Origin: Podarcis filfolensis | Lineage: Eukaryota | Assembly (NCBI GenBank): GCA_964270895.1 | Contig: OZ185439.1 | Length of the DNA stretch: 64,000 nt | Strand: one strand, 5' to 3' | Shown: piece after piece, positions 1 through 10,925 of the stretch | Numbering within the stretch: the stretch's first letter is position 1 | Layout of the letters: each line of letters opens with the position of its first letter | Program-made: the position numbers and the translations under genes | Notes under the pieces: model-generated | What the model was told of the DNA's origin: nothing | Database searches by the model: none | Seen by the model: only the letters and a program-made list of their open reading frames with translations

Positions 1-844
1 ATAGAATCCTCTCCTAGGCAAAAGAGCACTGGAGAGAGAGAGAAAGGCTACAGTCAAAGCACCATGGGATTCAGTGGCGTAGCGTGGGCTACCTCTGCCC
101 GGGGCGGCACAGAGGGATTCCATTGCATTGGCTGAAGTTCTGGGCATCTTCACTTGAAAATTTGAAAGCAATGGAGCCAGAGCAGATGGTTTGTGTTAAA
201 GAACGTAGTAAAATTCTAAGGGAACCAGTGCATTCCAATGGCCATTGGGTCCCATTTGCTTTCCTTGTGTCCCTTAGAATTAGGCTACATCTGATTACTT
301 CCTTGAAAACAGTTCTCATAAGACATGATGTCACACTTCAGATGGATGGATGGATGGATAGACAGACAGATATACATAAATTATACTGCCTGTTTTATGG
401 CCTGGTTTGCAAAGTTAATTATAATTGTACTTGCCAAAGAAACAATATGGAGGCCAACTGAAACAGGAAGACAGGACGTGAGTTTCCATGTGGGTTTTGA
501 AAAAATGATAAGCTCTTCGTTCACTTAATTACAACAACAATGGTTCCAGACACTTTACAGTGTCATAGCAAGCCTTGACATGGGGTGTCATTCTCTTCCA
601 CCTCCCCCTAATATAACCCTGGTTTTTTTTTAAAAAAGGTTAATGGTACATATTTCAGATGAAGGCATTCCTTTTAAAAGAATGTTTTTAAAATTTTTAC
701 TAAATCACCAGGATAAATCCCATTTTAGAAGCCTTACATTTACAGCATAGAACTCTTGTTTTTAAGACTTTTTTCCTTTGCTGTATATCCCCTCCCCCAT
801 TTCCTCCAAGGAGCTCAAGGCAGCATATATAGTGGGGGGGGGGG

Positions 845-975
845 GGAGAACCTGTGACCCTCAAGATGGTTGAACTACAACTCTCTTCATCTTCCTCTTT
901 GTCCCCTGGCCATGCTGGCTGGCGCTGATGGGAGTTGTAGTTCAGCAACACCTGGAGGGCCACCACTGGCATACT
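845..975. mobile_element. Hairpin-type non-autonomous DNA transposon (MITE), degraded
   Basis: Internal inverted repeat gaactacaactc / gagttgtagttc; same family as the better-preserved copy at 48741-48875. Confidence 0.6.
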
Positions 976-3339
976 CCCATTATATTCTTGCAACAGTCTT
1001 CTGAACAAGGTTTGCCTGACAAAGAGTGACTGAGTTTCATGGCTGAGCGGGTACCTGAAGTTGGCACTTCCCTGTCCTAGCACTCTAAGTTTGGCTTTGA
1101 TTTTGCATATGGATGGTATTATATTGCCATCCTTATACTGCACTGTTTGTCATGGCCTAGGTGTTCAAATTAAAGAAGGGCAGGGAGAAGCCCACCTCCT
1201 TCTCAAATCACAAGCACCCTGTCAGCAGGAGCAAGAGATTCAGGGAAGCAGACAAAGAAGGCATCCGAGGCTGCCCCTACTCTGAGCTTAATTGTTCTCC
1301 CTTTACCACCTTACCTTACCAGGTTACAGGACTATCTACCGCTTCCATGTGGCTGGTGTCGTTTGTTTTGGTGAATCTATTTGATTCTTTTTTTAAAAAA
1401 AAAAAGTCAGCTGCTTAGATGATTCTTGTTGAAAAGTGGGATGGCATTCAAATAAGTTGTAGTAATACTGTACTGTAGATTGCACAGAACTCCTTACAAA
1501 CTCTGATCCCCACATTAAAAGTTGATGCAGAAAAAGTGGTAGCTTTTTCTTTTGTTTTCTTTTAAGGACCAATGAAATATCACAAAGTAGCCTGGAAGCT
1601 TTTTCGTTCGTTAGAAAATGGCTTCAGGCCAGATGTTAAGGCAAAATTTTAAAAGGTGTAAGGGGGATCAGAGCAGAAGATGGTACACTCTAGGAGTGCT
1701 TTTCAAACATGCAGTCTTCAGAAAGTCGTGTCATCTGCTGTGGAACCCCCAGGTTCTTACCCTGGGACTCTAGCAAATTCAGATCATGTGGGGCTCAGGG
1801 TATCACCATTGTCCTGTATAAACTGAGAATGTGCCCAGGAAGGAACCCCAAACCCCTGTATCTCCATAAGGCAGGACAGGGAGGTAAATGTGCTGAATAA
1901 TCTGTCTTTCTGAAAAGCTTTCCTAGCATTATCAGTTTTCTCATTTAACCCTTATGCAAGCTTCTGAGGAACTTCAGGGTTTCCCCTAGAACATAAAAAG
2001 CCATGTTTCTAAGGGATGTAATACCTGTTGCAGGATGAGCCACGTTCTTGCCTGTATCAACCTGGCTGAGAGAAAGCAAATTGCTAATCAAGGCTACGTT
2101 ACTATGGTAGAGGAGGAGAGCCTGGATTTTTGTCTGTGGCACCATATGACCAAACAGGCCTCAATTAGTGCCTGAAGCAAACCTAGCAAATGTGAAAAGC
2201 ATTTGTTCTGAGGATACGGCAAAGACGCGTCCTCTGAATAGCATCTCCTAGGAGCAGAATGACGCAGGCAGCAGTTTCTGGTGTCAACGCTGCGAGCCAG
2301 CAGCCTTTGCTTAGGGGCAGGTTAATATAAAACGAAACGAAATTGCAGCAAGCTACTCTGAGTCCATAGGCTAGGGTGGGGTATAAATGTTACCAGATAA
2401 TTTGTAGTTTTATCCACCTAAGCCCAAACATTGTTACTGCAAACAGAAACACTAGGGCAGATAGGAATAAATATCAGTCCTGTTTAATAAAAGAGCCAGG
2501 AGAGCATCATGTGAGAGGTAAATGCCACAAGGGCATTTAAGTTGCCAGTTAATCAGAAAAAAAGAACCTGATCTGCTCTGTGCTTAACAGCAGCTTGAAG
2601 TCAAGAGGTAAAGCGCTGGTGATAAACATTTTCACCTGCCAATATCTACACAGGTGCAGGGCCCAGTAAAAAAGTTGGCAACCTTAGGAATATTTAAAGA
2701 TCTCAGTTTAAATGCCTATTTCATGCAAGACCTGGAAATAGACAATTAGAAAGGACACAGAAAAATGGAAAATGATTTTTTTGTATAATCAAGATTCTTG
2801 TTACCGGATACCTTCTTGTTGCAATGTAACATGAATGAAGACAAAAATGCAGAAAGGCATGAGCTCAGAATGGATCCTGCTTTCTTCCTCACAACTGCTC
2901 TCACTCCAGCTAGGTGCTAGGATGCTCTGAGAAGCTGTGTCTAATTTTTCACCCTTACATCACAGTTGGCACAAGACAGGATGCTACCTGAGGTGACCGG
3001 ATCCACTGCTCTTCCTCTTCTCCTTTCAAGAGTTTCGTTTGGACACACTGTTTGTCTCCCCCTCCTCTCTGCCTTGCTGTGTGAAAGGGGGTCCTTCCTT
3101 AGAAAAAGGCGATTGGGGCACTCTGCCCCAGGAGAGTGTCTGTGCCACTGCTTTTTCATGGTGGCTAGAAATGACCCTTTACATTTAGGGTGTAAACATC
3201 TGCAATACATGGCTAAAAACACTTGCCCACCTTTTTTCATTTTTACTTATTTTCAGTATTTGTTTTGGCTTTCAGAATCACAGAACTGTAGAGTTGGACG
3301 GGACCACAAGGATCATCTGTGCAGTGCAGGAATCTCTTA

Positions 3340-3770
3340 CTCAGCATGGGAGCGGTGGCTGAGACCCGGGTCAGGGAGGAGGAGGCTGCGGAGGAAGCCG
3401 AGCTGGGATTGCTGTGGGCGGAGCAGTGGCGCCTCCACTTGGCGCTCCTGGCACTGGCTCTGCCAACGGCAGCGGGCCATGGCTGGCAGGCAACAGCGGG
3501 GTGTGCAAGGGCAGCCCCCAGCTCTCCCAGTGCGGGTGCCTGCCACCCTGGTGGCTCACCATTGCCACCCATGTACAGCCCAGCCCGGCCGAGGGGGGGA
3601 GGGTGCCATCACCGCCCACTGAGGAGAAAGGAAGAGGACGGTGGGAAAGCACCCCGAGGGGGAAATGCCCCCCCAGCATGTGCCTTCACCCCAGCTGCTC
3701 AGTTCACGGGGGGGGGCGGGACGCAACACTTGCCCCACCCTGGGTGTCAGCAGCTCACACAACACCACTG
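3340..3770. mobile_element. GC-rich DNA-transposon relic (probable MITE)
   Basis: GC-rich block ending in acaacaccactg, the reverse complement of a cagtgg(c/t)gt-type terminus also seen near position 70; left end not resolvable. Confidence 0.35.
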
Positions 3771-4516
3771 CATGGCAGCATGGCAGCAGCCAGAAAGGAG
3801 GAAGAACAGCCAGGATTTTCTCTCTAGGAACCCACAAGTTTGCTCTTTTTGTGCGAAGCCTTGGCTTGGGGTTACGTGTTTGCTGGGTCAGAAAGTGACC
3901 AATAAGCATTTATCGAGAAATGCATGTTCTGTTTATCCTTCTCCAAACATGGGGAATCTCTGTAGGCACTTTGGGTGAACATATGATGATTCATTCTATT
4001 ACCCTGGTGGGGAATGGTGCTACATCTAAATGAGGCTGGCTCTGCTTAATAATGTAATCTGCTGTATTCAAAAGCATAAAGCCAGCCCTGCAAACCATTA
4101 GTTCCCCCTCTGCTTTGCAATGGCCAGCTGCTGAAAGCAGAGCAATATTAAGTCTGCTTATTTCAGAGCAGAGAATCCAGAAAAGTGTTCTGTGTAACTA
4201 CTAATTCCCACTGCTTACAGATAGATGACCCACCCATGGGCTTTTACTGCTCAACACTTGTGAACCAATAAAGGAACATAAATTCCAAATGAACTGTTAT
4301 TCAGTACTACTAATTCACAGCAAATGTCAATTAACAGAAATCCCTCTAAGAAGCTTTTACCAGCCTCCTGCTGGTTTTCAAGCTATTAGCAGGCCGTTTA
4401 CACATTGTTATCTCTTTCTTTCTCTCATTCAAAAAACCCCATGTGCAGCTGTGATCCTAAGCATGTTCACTCAGCAGTAAGTGTCCCTGAAATTAATAAC
4501 ACTTATGCTTTCACAA

Positions 4517-4860
4517 GGGTGGTGCTGTGGTGTAAACCACAGAGCCTAGGGCTTGCCATTCGGAAGGTCGGCAGTTCAAATCCCTGTGACGGGATGAGCT
4601 CCCGTTGCTCCCAACTCCTGCCAACCTAGCAGTTCAAAAGCACATCAAGTGCAAGTAGATAAATAGGTACCGCTCTGGCGGGAAGGTAAACGGCGTTTCC
4701 GTGCGCTGCTCTGGTTTGCCAGAAGTGGCTTAGTCATGCTGGCCACATGACCCGGAAGCTGTACGCCGGCTCCCTTGGCCAATAAAGCGAGATGAGCACC
4801 GCAACCCCAGAGTCGTCTGCAACTGGACCTAACAGTCAAGGGTACCTTTACCTTTTCCTT
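4517..4860 (+). mobile_element. Sauria SINE, near full length
   Basis: tRNA-like head, body gcaagtagataaataggtaccgc, tail ggtacctttacc; 14-bp TSD ttatgctttcacaa at 4503-4516 and 4861-4874. Confidence 0.95.
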
Positions 4861-5280
4861 TTATGCTTTCACAAATGTGTCTAGCATTGCAGCCTCCAAA
4901 ATTAACAAATCTTAGCTACCATAATGTAAAATACTGTATGCTCAAGTTATCCTCATATCAGCTAGCCAGCCCTGAAGAGACATATTTTGTAGTATTTTAT
5001 GACGACTAGATTTTTCTCTCTCTCTTGGAAAGTGTAGAAGCACTGAAAAGGCATGACTGTCAGAACTGTAGACATTGTGCTACATTAGAGAATTCAGTGC
5101 TAAGAAACACAGAATTGTGGTTTTTTGCAGAATATGAACAACTCTGTACACTGGATGTATAAAATGAATATGTACCATCAACTTTGAACAAGCAGCTCCA
5201 TCTTTCATTTTTATGAGTTTAAAACACTATGATAGCATGCCTGCACTTCATTGTTTTGTGGTGCAAATAGAGCTAATAGA

Positions 5281-5443
5281 GCGTTTCCGTGCGCTGCTCT
5301 GGGTCGCCAGAAGCGGCTTAGTCATGCTGGCCACATGACCCAGAAGCTGTATGCCGGCTCCCTCAGCCAATAAAGCGAGATGAGCACCGCAACCCCAGAG
5401 TCGGCCACGACTGGACCTAGGGTCAGGGGTCCCTTTACCTTTT
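5281..5443 (+). mobile_element. Sauria SINE, 5'-truncated
   Basis: Matches the 3' half of the other copies, ending ccctttaccttt. Confidence 0.92.
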
Positions 5444-6809
5444 ACATATTGTCAAAGAAAAAGAGTAAATCCTATTAAGACCTCTTTCCTTCTGAAGTGC
5501 TGAAGGTGTCATCCTCATACAGAATCATAGCATTGTAGAGCTGGAAGGGACTTGGAGATAAGAGCTCCACATCATCATCAATTAGCAGGACACTGAGAAT
5601 GGAGAACAGGAGGAATCTCCTTGGAATTCTAATATGAACTGAGTGTTCAGTTTATTTTGTCCCCAAATGGGGACAAAACCATTGAGTTTGAAATGCATTG
5701 CTCTTGCCATCCATGTACAAGAGCTTTGCACAGCAAACTTTAGAAACAGTCCATCTGAAGAGTCACTCAAAAGAACTTTAATCCATACCCCAGGCTCATG
5801 CATTACTATATGTATATAAAAAATATAGTTCCAGGTGATAGCAGATATTCTATAATTGCAAAGCCTACTCTTGCCTGTTCCTTTTTGGAAGCCCTGCTTC
5901 CATTCCTGCTTTCCTTCTGCTTGTCCTGTCCTTATCAGGGGTCACAACTGATCTGTCAGTGGAACTCCTGAATTCCAGAATGTTTGTGACAGGTAAATAA
6001 CCCAGCTAACCAGTGCCAGCCATTCTTTGAGAGAGGGGGTTTCCACCATGTAAACTGCACACAGACAAGGTGTATAAAAGACGCAACCAGTTCAGAAGCA
6101 CCACTGTCTGCAGTGAATTAAGGGCCAAACTGCTGACTGTGAATGAAGAGAAGCCCAAACTCAGGTGGTTTGGACAGGGCGCCCACCACAGGGCCTTGAA
6201 GGAATGCCAACAAAGGCATTCCAATAATAAAAAAGTCAAGGAAATGACTCAGAGGCCAAGCCTTGTAGCTGAAAGCCAGACTACACATATCAGTTTCAAG
6301 GAGAAACAGCAGTTCTCTCTAGGCGGACATCTAAAAGATGGCCACAGCTCAGCACATTTGGCTCAGTTCACGGCTGCAGCCTTTGAGGGCAGCTGCGACT
6401 TCTGCAAGAGATTATCTGCCCAAGGCAAGCGGTGGGTCTTTGCTGGAGAGGGTGATGACGGAAGTAATTTATGTTTTTGGCATGGTGAAAAATAAGTGGA
6501 GAAAAGAGGTAGCGCTTTGTGGATGTGCAAAACAACAACCTGTAATCGAGCTCCATTTCTATAACTGCCTCTTTGCAGGGAACACACATGGTAAAAAGTA
6601 AGGATGTCATCATTTGCCAACCACAGTGTGAATTTTACAGCTGGTAGTATACAGTCAGACCTGGAGCTTCCATGAAATCTGGGCGTATCTTTACTCCCTT
6701 CTCCAACTACAGGTCATTTATTGACAGGGGGAGGAATGCTGCCGAGGGCCCTGTAGCTCTGAGAATCACAGGTGGTAATGAATCCATAACACATTGGCTG
6801 ACTTCCAGC

Positions 6810-7170
6810 TACTGGTTCTTAGCATCTGTCTGTCTCAAGAGACAATGGAGTGTACCTCCAGCAGCACCAAAGTGACCTCCTGGGGCACAAGCTTGGGCAG
6901 GGTGTATGGCAGTCCTGGGCTGCCCAGACAACAAAACTCCTTTCTCCGCCCTGTTGATGTGGTCCAAAGGAAAGCAGAGCAAGACATTTGGCACCAGCTT
7001 GGCTGCAGGCATATAGAACGCCATCCAGCCACCTTCGGGATTCCACTCCAGATTTGTGAAATGTTTACTCCTTAGCCTTTTCTTCTCCTGAAGATATCAC
7101 ACAAGGCAACAGAGGTTTGTTATCAGAGTTTTCCATCTCCTAGATTGGCAGCCTTCCCAGGTTGATATAT
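6810..7170 (-). mobile_element. RTE-clade LINE 5' UTR fragment
   Basis: Reverse strand resembles the squamate RTE 5' UTR as I recall it (ctaggagatggaaaactctgat...aaggctaaggagtaaac...gccaagctggtgccaaa...tttggaccacatc); no ORF follows. Confidence 0.5.
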
Positions 7171-7840
7171 ACCATGGCTTTATACCACTGTCAGAAATAG
7201 TGCAAAGCAGATGGTGTATGTTTTGGAAATCATAGCTCACCCAAAATTTTGTTAGAATAGGTATAGAAATAGTGAAGCAATTCTATAATAAAGACAACCA
7301 AGTCAACTGTGAGATAAAGCATAATATTGTGAGTCTGGGGTGGGAAACTGTGTGCCCCCTCTAATCTCTGGATCTAGTTTTTGGAATAAAGTCGTAACCT
7401 GGGTGATTAAGAGGGGAAAAGGAAAGAGGTTCCACCTCAGGCTCAGGCTGCAAATATTCGTAGATAAACCATGTATCCTAAAGACACCACTGTGTCTCAT
7501 TCCAAAAGGAAACATGGAGCCTGAGTAAGTGCCTGGAAACCATGGAATCTCACATCACTCAGAGATTGGGGTGGCGTGCAAAAGTTAAACATCCCTAATT
7601 TCTTAGAAAAATTAAATTGGGAGCAATTAAACATCTCACTCTCCTGATTGTTCCACCAGCACAAACATTTCTGCTTGATAGATGGCATGGTGCCTCCCCT
7701 CTCCCCTCACTTTTCTGGGGCTTCCTCTGACCTGCCAGGTTGGAATTGGGGGGTCAAGGAAGGGTGAAATCCTCATTGTGCTAGTGGGAGACCTTGTGGT
7801 GGTTTGCCAAGCATACTGGGTTAGCTGAATTTATTTACAC

Positions 7841-8092
7841 TACACCTTGGTTCTTAAACCAAGGTACCTTGGTTCTTAAACATAATCCGTTCCGGAAGTC
7901 CGTTCGACTCCCGAAACCTTTCAAAAACCAAGGTGTGGCTTCTGACTGGCTGCAGGAGCTTCCTCCACTCAAGCGGAAGCCACATCGGACATTCGGCTTC
8001 CAAAAAACATTCAAAAACTGGAACACTTACTTCTGGGTTTTCGGCATCCGGGAGCCAAAATATACAAGTACCAAGGCATTCGAGAACCAAGG
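7841..8092. mobile_element. Tc1/mariner (Tigger-like) MITE
   Basis: Inverted ends ccttggttct / agaaccaagg; CpG-containing internal ttccggaag motifs. Confidence 0.75.
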
Positions 8093-8332
8093 AGTTTTGG
8101 AGGAGGAGTTTGGATTTGATATCCCGCTTTATTACTACGCAAAGCGGCTAACATTCTCCTTTCCCTTCCTCTCCCACAACAAACACTCTGTGAGGTGTGT
8201 GGGGCTGAGAGACTTCTGAGAAGTGTGACTGGCCCAAGGTCACCCAGCAGCTGCATGTGGAGGAGCGGAGGAGCAAACCTGGTTCACCAGATTACTAGTC
8301 TACCGCTCTTAACCACTACACCACACTGGCTC
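8093..8332 (-). mobile_element. tRNA-derived CORE-type SINE (Squam3-like)
   Basis: Reverse strand starts gagccagtgtggtgtagtggttaagag (A-box), contains CORE-like gggtgaccttgggccagtcac and ends gcgggatatcaaatccaaac; near identical to 46116-47305. Confidence 0.85.
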
Positions 8333-9679
8333 TTCTTTTCGGTAATATGTGACAGTATTAGTCAGGGCGTCTGCTTGGGCAGTAATTCCTGATGTGCAAA
8401 TATGGCTATTCTGAACATAAGAGGCTGTCTTATGGAGGGAAAGGCCACTGATTCATGTAGCCTAATATTCTCTCCTCTGATTTCTCAGCTCTGTTACCTG
8501 AAATCCTTTAAGATGGGGATCATGCTACAAACCACATAAAAACATTCTCTCTGTCTTTATGGGTTTTCTCTGAGTGGGAGTGTCGCAAATAAGAACAAGG
8601 GTCCACATTTCATCTGTGAAATGTAGGGTGCAATTTAATAGCATAAAATGCTTGTGTGCATGTGTGCATACTACAGAAAATGATCACACCACTTCTCGGG
8701 GGAGGGGAACAATCACACACTTTCTGCCTGTGATGCTTCTTGTCTCTCTACTAGGGAGACTGACAGACATGTCAGTCCACTGATTTAGGATGGGGGTTGA
8801 GAGCAAACATGGCATGATGAAGCCTCGTGAAGTCCTTCGGTTGCAGCTGTGTGGAGCTTGTCTCATGCAAAACCAAGAATTTGATTCTTTATTTTCAGGG
8901 AAGAGGAATGGACTTTCCGTCTTTAATCAGTGAAGGTTTTATTTTGATGCTGCTATAAATAAACAAGATTTCCCTTAATCTGATGTGTAATTCATTCAAA
9001 TAATCTCTTGGTTGGGGCTTCACATTAATCCCTTTTATGGAGGAGGGTTGGGGGTATGCAGAAAGAGGCAGGGCAGGGAGAGAGAGGTTGAGCAAAGCCA
9101 AAATACTAATCCATGCCACGATGTTTTCCTCTGTAGGTGACTGCATGATAATAAAGACTAGAGTTTCTTTCCCCTTTAAAAATTAATTGAAAGGATTCCT
9201 TGCATTTGATTCCTAAATGACAATAAGAGGACAGTGCTTTTTGTAGAAGAAACATGCTGAGTAAGAAAATCTTGTGTCACCAAGGGATTTCTCCACTGTA
9301 GAGCAATAAACTTTGCGAAGCTGGGTCAAGCGGTTTTTGAACCCAGAGTTTGAAGCAAGTTCTGCAGTTGCTTATGTTTATTCAGTCTCCATGGATCCCA
9401 TCAGCACAAAGTAGACCAAAAACAAATGACAAAAAACAACAGCCCTGATGTAAACAGATCTCTTTCCCACAATGTTTTTCAGCCGGACAGATTTATCCTT
9501 GTGTTGGGGCTTCACGTAAACCAAATCCTTTTAACTGCTTATGGCAGTGACTGATAAAAATCCCTTGTGCATTCATGAGAAATTAAAACTTGGATACAAT
9601 GCTGCAGCTTCCTAATTCATCAGTGGGGAAGCATCCTGGGTAGGGGGGAGAATTTCCTTAATGAAGTATTTTTCTTACA

Positions 9680-9890
9680 GGTTTGAGTATCAGTTACTCA
9701 GTTTGAGGGGGGCAGTACAAAACACAGGGTTTGTGGTACAAAACCATGCAAAACTATTCCAAAAGTTTGGCAGCAGTTTGGAGTGAATAAGACAATGTTT
9801 GATATTTGGGTGTTAGCTTCAAACACCAGTTTGATGTATCAATTATTCAGTTTGGGGAGTGGTATAAAACATGGGGTTTGAGGTACAACG
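9680..9890. repeat. Unnamed dispersed repeat with ~149-bp internal period (left part)
   Basis: ta(c/t)tcagtttg recurs at 9695 and 9844; similar to 60640-60939; resumes at about 10826-10925. Confidence 0.6.
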
Positions 9891-9904
9891 AAATATAATG
9901 AATT

Positions 9905-10822
9905 TAAAAAAATGCTGAAACCAGAAGCTTTTCTTTTAAGTATTTTAGGTCCAGAGATCCCGAAGGACCAGACAAAGTTATTCACATATGCAACCACGGC
10001 TGCACGGATGCTGTTAGCTGAGAGATCATAGAATCATAGAGTTGGAAGAGACCACAAGGGCCATCGAGTCCAACCCCCTGCCAAGCAGGAAACACCATCA
10101 GAGCACTCCTGACATATGGTTGTCAAGCCTCTGCTTAAAGACCTCCAAAGAAGGAGACTCCACCACACTCCTTGGCAGCAAATTCCACTGTCGAACAGCT
10201 CTTACTGTCAGGAAGTTCTTCCTAATGTTTAGGTGGAATCTTCTTTCTTGTAGTTTGGATCCATTGCTCCGTGTCCGCTTCTCTGGAGCAGCAGAAAACA
10301 ACCTTTCTCCCTCCTCTATGTGACATCCTTTTATATATTTGAACATGGCTATCATATCACCCCTTAACCTCCTCTTCTCCAGGCTAAACATGCCCAGCTC
10401 CCTTAGCCGTTGCTTAGATGGAAAGATAGCACAACTCTGACCAAGGAAGAGTGGCAGATAAAACTGATGAACTATGCAGCGATGTCAAAACTTACAAGAA
10501 GAATTAGAAACCAGGAAGAGACCGACTTTTAATGAATGGAGAAAGTTTATAATTTATTTTTAAAAATACTGTAAACACACACATTGGTAGCATTGACATA
10601 GAACTTGTAGCTAAAATTTGAACTATGGAGTGATAAAGGATTTATATATAAAAAAAAGCTACAGAAGAAATGCAGAGGGGGAAATCATTAGATGAAGATC
10701 CACAGAGGGGGTGGGGGAGGAAAGACAAAGGGGATTTTATATTTATTTATTTTTTATTCTGTTTTTATATTGTAAAATTGAAAATGCAAAATTAAAATAA
10801 AATCATTTAAGAAATCATTTAA
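9905..10822 (+). mobile_element. L1-clade LINE 3' fragment, interrupted by CR1
   Basis: Translates PEAFLLSILGPEIPKDQTKLFTYATTAARMLLAE, then after the CR1 continues WKDSTTLTKEEWQIKLMNYAAMSKLTRRIRNQ; homologous to the L1 ORF2 end at 46382-47268; A-rich tail. Confidence 0.8.
10027..10411 (-). mobile_element. CR1 LINE 3' end
   Basis: ORF 10098-10391 FSLEKRRLRGDMIAMFKYIKG...RTRSNGSKLQERRFHLNIRKNFLTVRAVRQWN is the CR1 ORF2 C-terminus; (ATTCTATG)n-type tail. Confidence 0.95.
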
Positions 10823-10825
10823 AAA

Positions 10826-10925
10826 ACCCCAAAATGTGGGTACAAAATGGCACAAAATGAGTGAAAAACTTTGGCACCAGTTTAGAGGGGATCCCAAATT
10901 TGGGGGTTTGTTGTCAATAAAAGCT
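10826..10925. repeat. Right part of the ~148-bp-period repeat
   Basis: aaactttggcaccagttt...gggatcccaaattt matches the end of unit 2 at 60860-60905. Confidence 0.55.

Noticed and set aside
2966-3978. Cluster of 100-219 aa overlapping ORFs
   Set aside because: They lie over a GC-rich repeat relic and a CR1 tail; stop codons are simply rare there; no recognisable domain or splice structure.
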